The position numbers and the translations under genes are program-made. Positions 48,217-59,199 of a stretch of DNA of 64,000 nucleotides are shown piece after piece. Under the pieces are notes generated by a model that saw only the letters and a list, made by a program, of their open reading frames with translations, was not told where the DNA came from and ran no database searches. Source of the DNA: Acholeplasma sp. (lineage in GTDB: Bacteria > Bacillota_I > Bacilli_A > Acholeplasmatales > UBA5453); assembly GCA_036677365.1 (NCBI GenBank), contig JAVBWN010000021.1, forward strand, positions 1-64,000. Reading direction: 5' to 3'. Positions within the stretch are counted from its first letter, which is position 1. Every line of letters starts with the position of its first letter.

Positions 48217-48714
48217 ATGAAAAAAATACTACCATTTTTGTTGGTTGGTTCAATCATCGTGGCTTTGGTCATTTTTCCCAGATTAGATCAGGATACCAAA
48301 CCTAAAGCGGTCAATATGCCTGTGATGATCCAAGTGGAAATCCGAGGTGCAATTCATATGCCAGGGGTATATGAAGTGGTTGAAGGTACGACTTTGGATA
48401 CCTTGATTGGGTATGCCATGGGGGTTCACCCTTCGGCGAACCTCCAAGCTTTAAATTTAACTACCCCGTTAACCGATGGGGTAAAATATGTGATACCTTA
48501 TAAAAATCAGGATGAAATGTCTTCTAAAGTCAACATCAATCAGGCGACACTCGAACAGTTGATGACTTTGCCGGGTATTGGGAAAGTTACCGCTCAAAAA
48601 ATCATCGATTACCGCGTTTTATCCGGACCTTTTATGCGTATCGAAGATATTCAGTTGGTGTCGGGCATTGGGGTTCAAACGTTTGAACAAATTAAAGCGC
48701 TCATTACCCTCTAG
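48217..48714 (+). CDS. comEA: Competence protein ComEA
   Basis: N-terminal TM; SLBB V.I.GA...PGVY; HhH VNINQA...QL.TLPGIG..TA.KII.YR...G.F, VSGIG. Confidence 0.92.
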   Translation: MKKILPFLLVGSIIVALVIFPRLDQDTKPKAVNMPVMIQVEIRGAIHMPGVYEVVEGTTLDTLIGYAMGVHPSANLQALNLTTPLTDGVKYVIPYKNQDEMSSKVNINQATLEQLMTLPGIGKVTAQKIIDYRVLSGPFMRIEDIQLVSGIGVQTFEQIKALITL

Positions 48715-50776
48715 CCAGCTCCACTTTTACGCCATAGGTGTGCTTTTGATTTTCATATCTAAAGCCTATGTGTGGGGGTGGTTGTTGTTTTTGGTTTTTG
48801 TGATTTGGAGCAAACAACTGTCGTTTAAAAAAACATTGTGGGTGTTCTTAGGTATATGTTTTCTTTGGGTAGGGCTTTATCAAAATTATGTCCCTCAAAA
48901 ACCCTCAGGCCGCGGGCTAGTCACCCAAGTTCAAACGGTAAAATCTGGGTATCGATATACAGTCAAATACGGTTTGTTTAATTATCATCTATACACGAAA
49001 TCCACCATTGAAATCGGTACAGTGATTAAGGTTGAAGGTGATTTTACAACGTATGAACCAGATCGATTCAACGGTGATTTTTCGAGTCAAGATTATCACA
49101 AATCGAGGTTTGTGTACTACGTGATTTATCAACCGAAAATAGAATCATACGATGCCCTCCGTATCCCTCATCGTTATCATGACCAAATGAGAAAACACAT
49201 CGAAGGCTTGCCTAAGGAAACACAACTATTCGTGAGTAGTTTGGTTTTAGGGGTGTTCGAATCGGACATGAAGGAAAGTATCACTAAAATAGGCATTACC
49301 CACTTATTTGTCTTATCCGGTTTGCATGTCACCATAATGATAGGGTTTTTGAATCAATGCTTGTGGTTTTTACCCAAACGATTGAAACTTATCTTAGAAA
49401 CTATTGTATTGTTGGCTTATTTGGTACTGACTTTATTTCCCATATCTCTCATCCGTGCGGTCATCCAATATCTACTCTATGAATCGTTGAATGTGGAAAA
49501 AATTCAATTCACACGGTTGGATGTATTCAGTTTGACTTGGGTAGGATTGCTCATCCTAAATCCGTTTTATTTTAAGCACACAGGTTTTTTACTCACCTTT
49601 TTAGTCAGCTTTTTATTCATCATCGGGTCGTTTAAACAAGACTTTAAAGGCGTTTTATCATCCACATTTTCTGCTCAAACGTTGGTATTACCAATCACGA
49701 GTAAGATGACTCGAAAGGTATACCCTTTGGCATTCTTGGTGACACCTTTGTTCATTCCCCTGTTTACCTATATTTTATTACCCTTATCTTGGTTATCCTT
49801 ATGGCCTACGCTCGCCCATACTTTTAATCCTTTTTTCAGTAGCATCCTCGAACTGATTTCATTTTTAGAATATGAAGCGATCGGTTTATATATTCCAATG
49901 ATCACAGGGATTTGGGCTTTAATCTACTGGTTCATGTGGGCATACGCATACCTAGGTAAAACCCATCAGAAAAAAACGATAAGAACCGCCTATGTGATGA
50001 TTTTTTTAATGATTTTTCCCTATTATCGTTATTTAAATCCGGTGGGGAGAGTCACTTTTCTTTCGGTAGGTCAAGGCGATACGACCATCATTGAACGGCC
50101 ATATGGGTCATGTACAGTGGTGGTGGATGCTTTTGGAGACGTCGTTGAATATCTAGAAATGAACCATATAAAAACCATCGATTATCTCATCATTACCCAT
50201 GGCGATTATGATCATCATAAAGCCACAGAACACCTCATTCAAACATTCGATGTTAAACAATTGGTTTTATCGAAGTACGATTACAGTGATTTTGAAAAAT
50301 CGATGAGAAAATACGCACCAAAATATGTTCAAGCGGGCGATCGTATCTTTTGTGGAGATGTCATTCTAAACATTTTATCCCCCATAAAGGCGTTTACTTC
50401 AAGCAATGAAAATTCCATTGTGATACAAACAGAGGTATCAGGCACAACCTATCTATTGACGGGCGATATGGAATATAACGCCGAACAAGATTTGGTCAAT
50501 CGCTATGGCCATCAACTTCAAAGTGATGTTTTGAAAGTAGGACATCACGGGTCTAAATCATCCACCCATGTGGGCTTTTTAAATCGGGTACAACCAGATA
50601 TCGCCATCATTTCCGCAGGTAAAGACAATGCGTTTGGTCATCCCCATCAAGAGGTCTTGCAACGACTCTGGGATAAAGGTGTTAAAATATACCAAACCCC
50701 TAAGGTACAAACGATTACTTTCTTAGATTTTCCTTTTTATCGTCGTTATGTCATTTTAGTGCACAAAAAAGGGTAA
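48683..50776 (+). CDS. comEC: DNA internalization competence protein ComEC/Rec2
   Basis: GITHLFVLSGLHV, VGQGD, THGDYDH, NENS.V, TGD, LKVGHHGS, N.FGHP. TTG 48683 is the probable start (track start 48578 overlaps comEA deeply). Confidence 0.92.
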   Translation: MNKLKRSLPSSQLHFYAIGVLLIFISKAYVWGWLLFLVFVIWSKQLSFKKTLWVFLGICFLWVGLYQNYVPQKPSGRGLVTQVQTVKSGYRYTVKYGLFNYHLYTKSTIEIGTVIKVEGDFTTYEPDRFNGDFSSQDYHKSRFVYYVIYQPKIESYDALRIPHRYHDQMRKHIEGLPKETQLFVSSLVLGVFESDMKESITKIGITHLFVLSGLHVTIMIGFLNQCLWFLPKRLKLILETIVLLAYLVLTLFPISLIRAVIQYLLYESLNVEKIQFTRLDVFSLTWVGLLILNPFYFKHTGFLLTFLVSFLFIIGSFKQDFKGVLSSTFSAQTLVLPITSKMTRKVYPLAFLVTPLFIPLFTYILLPLSWLSLWPTLAHTFNPFFSSILELISFLEYEAIGLYIPMITGIWALIYWFMWAYAYLGKTHQKKTIRTAYVMIFLMIFPYYRYLNPVGRVTFLSVGQGDTTIIERPYGSCTVVVDAFGDVVEYLEMNHIKTIDYLIITHGDYDHHKATEHLIQTFDVKQLVLSKYDYSDFEKSMRKYAPKYVQAGDRIFCGDVILNILSPIKAFTSSNENSIVIQTEVSGTTYLLTGDMEYNAEQDLVNRYGHQLQSDVLKVGHHGSKSSTHVGFLNRVQPDIAIISAGKDNAFGHPHQEVLQRLWDKGVKIYQTPKVQTITFLDFPFYRRYVILVHKKG

Positions 50777-50814
50777 AATATAGTATAATATTCATTAAGA
50801 AAGAGGGAGATTTC

Positions 50815-51765
50815 ATGCCTGATTTGATGTATCTTTTTATCGGTAATGACCCGTTTTTAGTTGAAAACGCAGTAGAACAATTGGTGAAGAAATTAGATGT
50901 TGACCCATTCAATGTCCTCACCTACGATTTAGATGAACACGGTCTCGATGAACTACTTCAAGAAATGAATACCATTTCTTTTTTCGCTGACAAAAAAATC
51001 ATCAAAATTAAACACCCTTGGTTTTTTTATGAAGAAAAAGCCGATGATTATCTGTCCGATTTCATCAAATATTTTCATAACCCGAATGAAGATACTACCC
51101 TCATTTTCATGTTAGAACGTGGGATGGATGCCAGTTTACCAGCCACCAAGGAAGCCAAAAAATACGTCCGTATTGAAACGGTCGCGGATATGGCCAAAGA
51201 AGATTTTAAACCTTACGTTAAGAAAGCATTTGAATCTTTAAAATACACGATTGAAGATTTGGCTGTCGATGAACTATTAGAGCGCACAAACTATGATATC
51301 TCGATGCTCAATAATGAGATTGCAAAACTCAAGCTGTTTGCTTTTGATGACAAACGAATCGCTTTAAAAGACATCAAACAATTGGTAGCGAGAAACCTAG
51401 AAGAGAACATTTTCGAATTAACCAACGCTGTGTTAGCCAAAAACAAAAAGCGTATTCTTGAGGTTTATTATGATTTACTTGAAAAAAATGAAGACCCGAT
51501 TCGCATCATCTTCAATATTTCATCGAAATTAAAGGAAACGATTCAAACCAAGCAATTGTTGGAAAAAGGATACAACCAAGAAGCCATCGCGTCTTATTTC
51601 AATGTGAAATCGAGCAAGGCCTATTATATGGTTAAAAATGCACAACAAATTTCTCGACAAAACTTAGAGTCATTATATGAAAAATTGTCCAACTTAGACT
51701 ATGACATCAAGTCTGGACGTATGGACAAAAAATTAGGATTAGAATTGTTTTTATTGGAGGTTTAG
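50815..51765 (+). CDS. holA: DNA polymerase III subunit delta
   Basis: Follows comEC; T.SFF..KK, NEI.KL, EENIFEL, D..IKSG......LELF. Confidence 0.9.
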   Translation: MPDLMYLFIGNDPFLVENAVEQLVKKLDVDPFNVLTYDLDEHGLDELLQEMNTISFFADKKIIKIKHPWFFYEEKADDYLSDFIKYFHNPNEDTTLIFMLERGMDASLPATKEAKKYVRIETVADMAKEDFKPYVKKAFESLKYTIEDLAVDELLERTNYDISMLNNEIAKLKLFAFDDKRIALKDIKQLVARNLEENIFELTNAVLAKNKKRILEVYYDLLEKNEDPIRIIFNISSKLKETIQTKQLLEKGYNQEAIASYFNVKSSKAYYMVKNAQQISRQNLESLYEKLSNLDYDIKSGRMDKKLGLELFLLEV

Positions 51766-51766
51766 T

Positions 51767-52435
51767 ATGTTGGTTGAAAAATATGAACACATTTTGGTAT
51801 TTGACTTTGAAACCACGGGTCTATACCCGAAATCCGATCATGTCATTGAAATTGGGGCGGTCTTGTTAAAAAGAGACCCCATTTTAATGCAATACCGTGC
51901 TGAACAAGAATTATCCGTATTGATCCGTCAAGATCGTCCCCTACCAGAAAAAATCATTGAGATTACACACATCACCGATGACATGTTACTCAGGGATGGG
52001 ATTGAAGAAAAGGATGCTTTTGATCAATTGAAATCGATGATTAGACCGAATACATTGCTCGTTGCCTACAACATCGCTTTTGACTATGGGTTTTTAAAAG
52101 CACTGTATCGAAGACATGTGGACCCCTTCTATGAAATCGAAGAAGATTTGTTAGATGTGATGGCGATTTATCGTGACCGTCACCCATTCCCACACCGATT
52201 GGATAATGTGGTGTTGACCTATCAAATCGACCATAAGAATACCCATAGAGCCATCGATGACGTCAAAGCCACCCTCAAGGGATTGACAGCGATGATCAAA
52301 GAACGCGACACCATCGATAAATACATCAATGTGATTGGCTATAATCCCAAATACCCACCAGCAGCCCCACTCAATAAATTGGTTCGTATGGTCCCTCAAT
52401 ATGGAAACCGTTTGGAAATTGAGAAGCTAAAATAA
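51767..52435 (+). CDS. DEDDh 3'-5' exonuclease (DnaQ-like)
   Basis: FDFETTGL, IEIGAV, AYN..FD, HRA.DDV.AT. Confidence 0.9.
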   Translation: MLVEKYEHILVFDFETTGLYPKSDHVIEIGAVLLKRDPILMQYRAEQELSVLIRQDRPLPEKIIEITHITDDMLLRDGIEEKDAFDQLKSMIRPNTLLVAYNIAFDYGFLKALYRRHVDPFYEIEEDLLDVMAIYRDRHPFPHRLDNVVLTYQIDHKNTHRAIDDVKATLKGLTAMIKERDTIDKYINVIGYNPKYPPAAPLNKLVRMVPQYGNRLEIEKLK

Positions 52436-52460
52436 AAAAAAACACATCCGAGATGTGCTT
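52433..52460. terminator. Terminator between the convergent exonuclease gene and rpsT
   Basis: CACATC-CGA-GATGTG hairpin preceded by an A9 run. Confidence 0.65.
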
Positions 52461-52722
52461 ATTGTAGTTTGTTAACTAGTTGTGCAAGTTGAGACTTGTG
52501 GTTGGCAACAAAGTTTTTGTGGAAAATACCTTTGGCTTGCCCCTTATCCAATTTCTTATTTGCAAAAGATAGATTGACTAATGCCTTTTCTTTATCTCCA
52601 GCAGTTACTGCCTTCTCTACTGCTTTGATAGCGGTTTTGGTAGAAGATTTGAATGATGCATTGATTAATCTGCGCTTTTCGTTTGTCTTGATACGTTTGA
52701 TTTGTTGTTTGATGTTAGCCAT
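52459..52722 (-). CDS. rpsT: 30S ribosomal protein S20
   Basis: MANIKQQIKR..T.EKRR..N...KS...TAIK, DK...KG..HKN; GGAGGTG RBS before ATG 52722. Confidence 0.97.
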   Translation of the reverse strand: MANIKQQIKRIKTNEKRRLINASFKSSTKTAIKAVEKAVTAGDKEKALVNLSFANKKLDKGQAKGIFHKNFVANHKSQLAQLVNKLQ

Positions 52723-52829
52723 AATGTCACCTCCCGTGATAAGCAACTCAAATTATACCAAATGGCATTTTAAAAAGCAACTATTAAAGGAAAAATATGT
52801 TAAAATAAGTTGAAAGAGAGAGATGATGG

Positions 52830-53399
52830 ATGACATTGCCAAATAAACTCACTTTAAGCCGTTTCGTTGCGATTCCGGTGATGGTGATTATCAGTTTTTT
52901 AGAACCGCTTCAAAGCGTGGATGATGTGCTTTTCGGACTCGATTTTGCACAATTGATCTTCGCGATTTTATTCATTCTTGCCAGCTTTACAGATTTCTTA
53001 GACGGGTATCTTGCCAGAAAAAACAATCAGGTTACAACCTTTGGAAAATTCACAGACCCAATTGCTGACAAATTATTGGTATTAACTGCATTTTTATACC
53101 TACAATCCACAACCAACCGTGTATTGTGGTGGATGACCTTGATTGTCGTTGCGAGAGAATTCATCGTCACGGGGGTAAGGTTGCTTGCGGTAGAACGTGG
53201 TAAAGTGATTGCAGCGAGCCCATTTGGTAAACTCAAAATGGTGACCACTGTGATTGCACTGGTCGTATTACTGTTCAATGATTTTGGATTACCAACACTG
53301 ATTGGCGACATTTTGCTATGGTTGGCACTTGTATTCACTGTATTATCTGGGGCAGACTATTTTTGGAAAAATCGTCACCTCGTGTTCGAATCGATTTAA
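52830..53399 (+). CDS. pgsA: CDP-diacylglycerol--glycerol-3-phosphate 3-phosphatidyltransferase
   Basis: PNKLT..R, TDFLDGYLARK..VT.FGKF.DP.ADK, RE..VTG.R, GKLK. Confidence 0.95.
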   Translation: MTLPNKLTLSRFVAIPVMVIISFLEPLQSVDDVLFGLDFAQLIFAILFILASFTDFLDGYLARKNNQVTTFGKFTDPIADKLLVLTAFLYLQSTTNRVLWWMTLIVVAREFIVTGVRLLAVERGKVIAASPFGKLKMVTTVIALVVLLFNDFGLPTLIGDILLWLALVFTVLSGADYFWKNRHLVFESI

Positions 53400-53450
53400 A
53401 AAAGTAATCCTACCTCTTCAGGGGTATATATCAAATATAGGAGGCCAAAC

Positions 53451-54440
53451 ATGGACATTAAAAAACAAGAAGCATTGCTCAATGCGATGAAGCAAATAGA
53501 AAAGCAATATGGTAAAGGTGCAGTCATGAAACTCGGTGATGAAGCAGATCGACACATCGAGTCATCCCCATCGGGATCCATTGCGCTAGACGTTGCTTTA
53601 GGCATTGGTGGCTACCCAAAAGGTAGAATCGTAGAAATTTATGGACCGGAATCATCGGGTAAAACCACATTCGCTTTAACGGCGATTGCGGAAGTACAAA
53701 GACAAGGTGGGTTTGCAGCATTCATCGATGCTGAACACGCCCTTGACCCACAATACGCCAAAGCGTTAGGGGTTGATGTTGACAACTTGATTTTGTCACA
53801 ACCCGATACAGGTGAACAAGCATTAGAAATTGCAGAAGCCTTAATTCGTAGTGGTGCGATTGGCATTGTGGTTGTAGACTCGGTGGCAGCCTTAGTTCCA
53901 GAAGCAGAAATCAATGGGGATATGGGCGATTCACATGTTGGCTTACAAGCCCGTTTGATGAGCCAAGCGATGAGAAAGCTGTCTGGGATCATCAGCAAGA
54001 CCAATACGATTGCGATTTTCATCAACCAAATCCGTGAAAAAGTGGGTGTGATGTTCGGAAACCCAGAAACCACTTCAGGCGGTAGAGCTTTGAAATTCTA
54101 CGCTTCTGTCAGACTTGAAGTGAGAAGAAGTGAACAAATTAAAGCGGGTAATGACGTGGTTGGGAATAAAGTAACCATCAAAGTCGTTAAAAATAAAGTA
54201 GCACCACCATTCAAACAAGCCAGTGTGGACATCGTTTATGGTAAAGGTGTTTCGAAGATGGGCGAATTGGTTGACCTCGCTGTAGAACTTGAAATCATCA
54301 AGAAGAGCGGAGCATGGTATGCGTATGAAGGTGAAAAGATTGGTCAAGGCCGTGAGAACGCTAAAGACTATTTAGAAACCCATGCAGAAATGGCCAAAGC
54401 CATAGAAGTTAAAGTTAGACAAGCTTACCAATTAAAATAA
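53451..54440 (+). CDS. recA: Recombinase A
   Basis: [54 protein letters not shown]. Confidence 0.99.
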   Translation: MDIKKQEALLNAMKQIEKQYGKGAVMKLGDEADRHIESSPSGSIALDVALGIGGYPKGRIVEIYGPESSGKTTFALTAIAEVQRQGGFAAFIDAEHALDPQYAKALGVDVDNLILSQPDTGEQALEIAEALIRSGAIGIVVVDSVAALVPEAEINGDMGDSHVGLQARLMSQAMRKLSGIISKTNTIAIFINQIREKVGVMFGNPETTSGGRALKFYASVRLEVRRSEQIKAGNDVVGNKVTIKVVKNKVAPPFKQASVDIVYGKGVSKMGELVDLAVELEIIKKSGAWYAYEGEKIGQGRENAKDYLETHAEMAKAIEVKVRQAYQLK

Positions 54441-54441
54441 C

Positions 54442-54474
54442 AAAAAACGCTAGCGGCTGCTAGCGTATTTTTTT
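54442..54474. terminator. Bidirectional terminator after recA
   Basis: ACGCTAGC-GGCT-GCTAGCGT with flanking A and T runs. Confidence 0.8.
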
Positions 54475-55072
54475 AGGCTGGTATGATTTGAGTATTGTCT
54501 TTGACTAAATCGTAAGGTAGTCGGACATAAATGGTTCTTGGATAAGCTTCACCCATGATGGTTTCTTCATAGGTAATTTTTGCATATAAGTATGGACCAG
54601 ATGCTTTTACAAACGGTAGAACGGATGCATCCATTTGGTAGTTGAAATTCATTTGAACGGAACGGTTTTGATTGAGTGTGACCGATTGTTCTGTCGATAT
54701 TTCTGAATATTTTGTCCAACGTGTCGCCAATTGAAATTGAATGCGGATATTATTGATAGGATTGATGCCTGTTTCTCGGGTCAATTTGTAGTCGAATTTG
54801 TAGTAACCACCTAAATTTTCGCTATTTGGTAAACGTACCTGTGTAATTTTGTACTCAATCGCGAATACAGGCATGTCATCGACACTGACAACCTCGGCTT
54901 GTTTATTTTCAAACAACACTGGTTTGCTGTCTAAATACTTTTGAAGATAAATACTTGGAATAAAGATGATTGGCAAAACAACGAAGAACAAAACCACAAA
55001 AATCGCCAAACGGTGTTGATAAATCCATGTCCATTTGCTGATTTTTTTAACTTTTCTCATAAAATCCCTCAT
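54473..55072 (-). CDS. Hypothetical membrane-anchored protein
   Basis: Basic N-terminus, one TM helix, beta-rich soluble domain; no family recognised. Confidence 0.65.
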   Translation of the reverse strand: MRDFMRKVKKISKWTWIYQHRLAIFVVLFFVVLPIIFIPSIYLQKYLDSKPVLFENKQAEVVSVDDMPVFAIEYKITQVRLPNSENLGGYYKFDYKLTRETGINPINNIRIQFQLATRWTKYSEISTEQSVTLNQNRSVQMNFNYQMDASVLPFVKASGPYLYAKITYEETIMGEAYPRTIYVRLPYDLVKDNTQIIPA

Positions 55073-55283
55073 TTCACGTAATCCTATTATACTACACGGC
55101 TTTATAAAAAAAAAGTCAGAATGTAATGCGTTGACTAAAAGTCATTTCTCCTATATAATTAAATAGTAGTACCCAGGAAGAAAACCTTAAATAAAAGTAT
55201 ATCAATTTTGATAATGTTGTTTAATATATTTAACGCTCATGTAATGAAAATGTAACAAATTAAAAAAAATGGAGGAATGAACG

Positions 55284-56846
55284 ATGGAACATGTAGTATG
55301 GTCAATCGTCTCCATTTTGCTACTGGCTTTAGGCTTAGTTGGGGGCTTTATTTTCCGTGTGAAACAACACGAAAAGAGCTTACAAAACAGCCGTGAGCAA
55401 GCGAAGAAAATTGTTGAAGAAGGCACTAAAGAAGCCGAAAAACTCAAAAAGGAAGCCATTCTAGAAGCACGTCAAAACATCTTTGATCAAAAACGTGAAT
55501 TCGAACGTGATATGAAGGAAAGAAAACAAGTCGTTCTCGATTTGGAAACCAAAATATCACAAAGAGACGAAATGCTGAATAGAAGAGCTGCCAATTTGGA
55601 CAAGCGAGAAGAATTTCTTGGTCAAAAAGAAATTAAATTGGACGAAAAGAAACAAGAACTTGAACAATTGAATAGCAAAGTGGAAGACATCTTGAGACAA
55701 CAAGAAGCAAAATTAATGGAGATTTCAGGTATTTCCACAGAACAGGCACAAGCGATCATTATGGATCGTGTTAGACAAAGCATGTCTGAGGAAATTTCTA
55801 ATTACATTAAAGAAGAAGAAGAAAAAGCAAAATCAGAAGTAGATCAAAGAGCGAAGAATCTATTAACACTGGCAATCCAAAAATATGCGAGTGAAACAAC
55901 AAGCGAAAGAACGGTATCAGTTGTGTCCCTTCCAACCGATGAAATGAAGGGTAGAATTATTGGCCGCGAAGGACGTAATATTCGCACCATTGAGGCATTA
56001 ACCGGTGTTGATTTAATCATTGATGATACCCCTGAAGCAGTGGTATTATCCGGATTCGATCCAATCCGTAGAGAAGTAGCAAAACGGGCTTTGACAGCAC
56101 TCGTTGAAGACGGTCGTATCCACCCGGGTCGCATCGAAGAAGTCGTGGATCGTGCACAACAAGAAGTCGACATGTTCATCCGTGAAGCGGGTGAAAATGC
56201 CGTGTTCCAAACGGGTATTGGTAAACTCCATCCTGACCTAGTTAAATTATTGGGTCGAATGAGTTTTAGAACCTCTTATGGACAAAATGTATTGAAACAT
56301 TCCATTGAAACAGCATTCTTAGCGGGTAAATTAGCCGCTGAAATTGGTGAAAATGAAGTATTGGCTAAACGTGCCGGTTTACTCCATGATATTGGTAAAG
56401 CCGTTGACCACGAAGTCGAAGGTTCACACGTCGAAATCGGTGTCCAAATCGTATCGAGATACCATGAACCAAAAGAAGTTGTCGATGCTATCGCATCCCA
56501 CCATGGTGATAAAGAACCACAATCCATCATCGCCGTGTTGGTTGCAGCAGCAGACGCACTTTCCGCAGCTAGACCTGGCGCACGTAGTGAATCGATTGAT
56601 AACTACATCAAACGCCTTGAACAATTAGAATCCATTTCTAACAAAGTTGCAGGGGTTGAACGTTCGTTTGCGATTCAAGCCGGTCGTGAAATTAGAGTCA
56701 TCGTTAAACCCGATGAAGTGGATGACTTATCCACATTTAAAGTTGCTCGTGAAATCAAAGAACAAATTGAAGCGAACCTTCAATACCCAGGTACCATCAA
56801 GGTCACCGTGGTCAGAGAAACACGCGCTACAGATATCGCAAAATAA
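55284..56846 (+). CDS. rny: Ribonuclease Y
   Basis: N-terminal TM, coiled coil, KH domain ([14 protein letters not shown]), HD domain (LLHDIGK), [10 protein letters not shown]. Confidence 0.98.
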   Translation: MEHVVWSIVSILLLALGLVGGFIFRVKQHEKSLQNSREQAKKIVEEGTKEAEKLKKEAILEARQNIFDQKREFERDMKERKQVVLDLETKISQRDEMLNRRAANLDKREEFLGQKEIKLDEKKQELEQLNSKVEDILRQQEAKLMEISGISTEQAQAIIMDRVRQSMSEEISNYIKEEEEKAKSEVDQRAKNLLTLAIQKYASETTSERTVSVVSLPTDEMKGRIIGREGRNIRTIEALTGVDLIIDDTPEAVVLSGFDPIRREVAKRALTALVEDGRIHPGRIEEVVDRAQQEVDMFIREAGENAVFQTGIGKLHPDLVKLLGRMSFRTSYGQNVLKHSIETAFLAGKLAAEIGENEVLAKRAGLLHDIGKAVDHEVEGSHVEIGVQIVSRYHEPKEVVDAIASHHGDKEPQSIIAVLVAAADALSAARPGARSESIDNYIKRLEQLESISNKVAGVERSFAIQAGREIRVIVKPDEVDDLSTFKVAREIKEQIEANLQYPGTIKVTVVRETRATDIAK

Positions 56847-56885
56847 AAGGGGCTTGTCCCCTTTTTCTTTTAAAGAAGGTGTAAG

Positions 56886-57641
56886 ATGAAAATTTTATTC
56901 GTAGGTGACGTATATGGTGAACCTGGCAGAAAAATATTGATGGAAAATCTCGATCAACTTAAAGCCGATTATAAACCCAATGTGGTCATTGTCAATGCAG
57001 AAAATAGTGCGAATAATGGTCGTGGGATCACATTTCGGTATTATAAAGAATTGATGGCTGCAGGGGTTCATTGTGTCACGATGGGCAACCATGTGTGGGG
57101 ACAAAATGATTTGGTCGAATATATCGAAGATTCACACATCGTTAGACCACTAAATTTTCCAAAAGCCCCTGGTAAAGGGTATGATATCATCAAGTATAAC
57201 CAATCCACATTACTTGTCATCAATGTCTTAGGTAGAACATTCATGAATGCCAATTTAGAATCGCCTTTTTTTGAAATCGATAAAGTATTAGAAAAAGAAA
57301 AAGCTGATTTCGTATTCATCGATTTTCACGCCGAAGCGACCTCTGAAAAAGTAGCCTTGGGTCATTATTTAGATGGTCGAGTGGACGCGGTGATTGGTAC
57401 CCATACACATGTACCTACTGCAGACAATCGCGTCTTACCCAAAGGTACATTGTATATGACCGATGTGGGTATGACGGGACCACTGGATGGCATCATTGGG
57501 GTGGACCGTGACATTGTTGTCAACCGATTCTTATATGGATATTCGCCAGCCAATGTGGTCGCGAATACAAAAAATCAGTTGAACGCTGTCATCCTAGACC
57601 TCAAAAAGAAAACCATTGAAAGAATTCATATCGAAGACTAA
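56886..57641 (+). CDS. ymdB: YmdB family metallophosphoesterase (TIGR00282)
   Basis: GDVYG, NAEN, TMGNH, DFHAEATSEK, GTHTHVPTAD, TDVGMTGP. Confidence 0.95.
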   Translation: MKILFVGDVYGEPGRKILMENLDQLKADYKPNVVIVNAENSANNGRGITFRYYKELMAAGVHCVTMGNHVWGQNDLVEYIEDSHIVRPLNFPKAPGKGYDIIKYNQSTLLVINVLGRTFMNANLESPFFEIDKVLEKEKADFVFIDFHAEATSEKVALGHYLDGRVDAVIGTHTHVPTADNRVLPKGTLYMTDVGMTGPLDGIIGVDRDIVVNRFLYGYSPANVVANTKNQLNAVILDLKKKTIERIHIED

Positions 57642-57667
57642 GCACACCTAAGGGTGTGTTTTTTTTC
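57642..57667 (+). terminator. Intrinsic terminator after ymdB
   Basis: GCACACC/GGTGTGT stem plus T run. Confidence 0.75.
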
Positions 57668-57753
57668 GATTAACTATAAATAAAGTGCTAAACTGAACCC
57701 CTGCACACCCTTTCGATTGAAATGGTATGTCTAAACGTGTATACTTATCCTAG

Positions 57754-59199
57754 GTGATTATTGTGATAGATATTGATAAATACTTTAAACCCAATCTAAA
57801 ACAAGCACGCAAACGATCCAAGGCGGATATTGAGCACAAAGATTTCCAATTGGATGAGCGTTTAGAAAAATTTGGGATTGGCAAATATTATAAAATTCAA
57901 ACCTACGGCTGTCAAGGGAATGAAGCCGATGGTGAAACCATGGGTGGAATCCTCCGAGATATGGGGTATTCTCCAACCGAAGATGAAACACTCGCAGACA
58001 TTATATTAATCAATACATGTGCGATTCGTGAGAATGCTGAAAACCGCATCTGGGGTGAAATGGGTCGTTTAAAACCATTGAAACGTAAAAACCCAGACCT
58101 TTTAATTGGTTTGTGTGGCTGTATGGCTCAAGAAGAAAATGTAGTGAATCGTGTTTTAGAAAAATACCAACACATCGATTTGGTGTTTGGTACACACAAC
58201 ATCCATTTGTTACCACAATACATTGAAACCGCATATTTTAACAAAGAACGTGTCATTGAAGTCTTTTCAGAAGAAGGTAACATCGTTGAAAACCTCCCAA
58301 AAGCCAGACAAAACCCATATAAAGCCTGGGTCAATATTATGTTTGGCTGTGATGAATTTTGTACCTATTGTATTGTGCCTTATACCCGTGGGAAAGAACG
58401 TTCTAGATCCAAAGAAGATATCATCGAAGAAGTCAAAGAACTGAAAGCGTTGGGCTATCAAGAAGTGACTTTACTAGGTCAAAATGTCAATGCTTACGGT
58501 AAAGATTTCAAGGATCAAAATTATACCTTTGGGGACTTATTGATGGATTTGGATAAAATTGGCATCCCTAGAATTCGTTTTACCACCAGTCATCCACATG
58601 ATTTAGACGATAAAACCATCGAAGCCTTTAGAAGTTGCCCATCGGTGATGCCACACCTCCATCTACCTGTCCAATCGGGCAGTAACGCGGTTTTAAAAAA
58701 GATGAATCGCCATTATACGAAAGAGTTGTATGTTGATGTCATTCGAAAATTGAAAGCAGCGAGACCTGACATCGCACTCACCACAGACATCATTGTCGCT
58801 TTTCCAACTGAAACCGAAGCCGATTTCCAAATGACTTTGGATTTGGTGAATGAGATCGATTTTGAAGGGGCATATACATTCATTTTTTCCAAACGTGCTG
58901 GGACACCTGCCTATGATTTTGAAGACAATATCCCAGAAGATGAAAAGAAGGAACGTCTAAAAAGACTGATTAAACTGGTCAATGAAGGGTATTACAGAGC
59001 CAGCCAAAAATATAAAAATCAGGTGGTTGAAGTCTTGGTTGAAGGTACCTCTAAAAATGATCAACACACGTTAGCGGGGTATTCAGAACACAATAAACTG
59101 GTGAATTTTAAAGGTGATAAGTCCTTGATTGGCAAAATTGTCAAAGTTAAAATTACTGAACCAAGAACGTGGTTTTTAAATGGTGAAGCTTGTGAGTAA
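57754..59199 (+). CDS. miaB: tRNA-2-methylthio-N6-dimethylallyladenosine synthase
   Basis: TYGCQ.N, NTCAIRE.AE, GCMAQ, radical SAM GCDEFCTYCIVP, LLGQNVN, HLPVQSG, TRAM domain. Confidence 0.96.
   Translation: MIIVIDIDKYFKPNLKQARKRSKADIEHKDFQLDERLEKFGIGKYYKIQTYGCQGNEADGETMGGILRDMGYSPTEDETLADIILINTCAIRENAENRIWGEMGRLKPLKRKNPDLLIGLCGCMAQEENVVNRVLEKYQHIDLVFGTHNIHLLPQYIETAYFNKERVIEVFSEEGNIVENLPKARQNPYKAWVNIMFGCDEFCTYCIVPYTRGKERSRSKEDIIEEVKELKALGYQEVTLLGQNVNAYGKDFKDQNYTFGDLLMDLDKIGIPRIRFTTSHPHDLDDKTIEAFRSCPSVMPHLHLPVQSGSNAVLKKMNRHYTKELYVDVIRKLKAARPDIALTTDIIVAFPTETEADFQMTLDLVNEIDFEGAYTFIFSKRAGTPAYDFEDNIPEDEKKERLKRLIKLVNEGYYRASQKYKNQVVEVLVEGTSKNDQHTLAGYSEHNKLVNFKGDKSLIGKIVKVKITEPRTWFLNGEACE

Noticed and set aside
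48578..48714. Programmed frameshift or fusion between comEA and comEC
   Set aside because: An in-frame TTG at 48683 with an upstream GGGGT explains the overlap without recoding.
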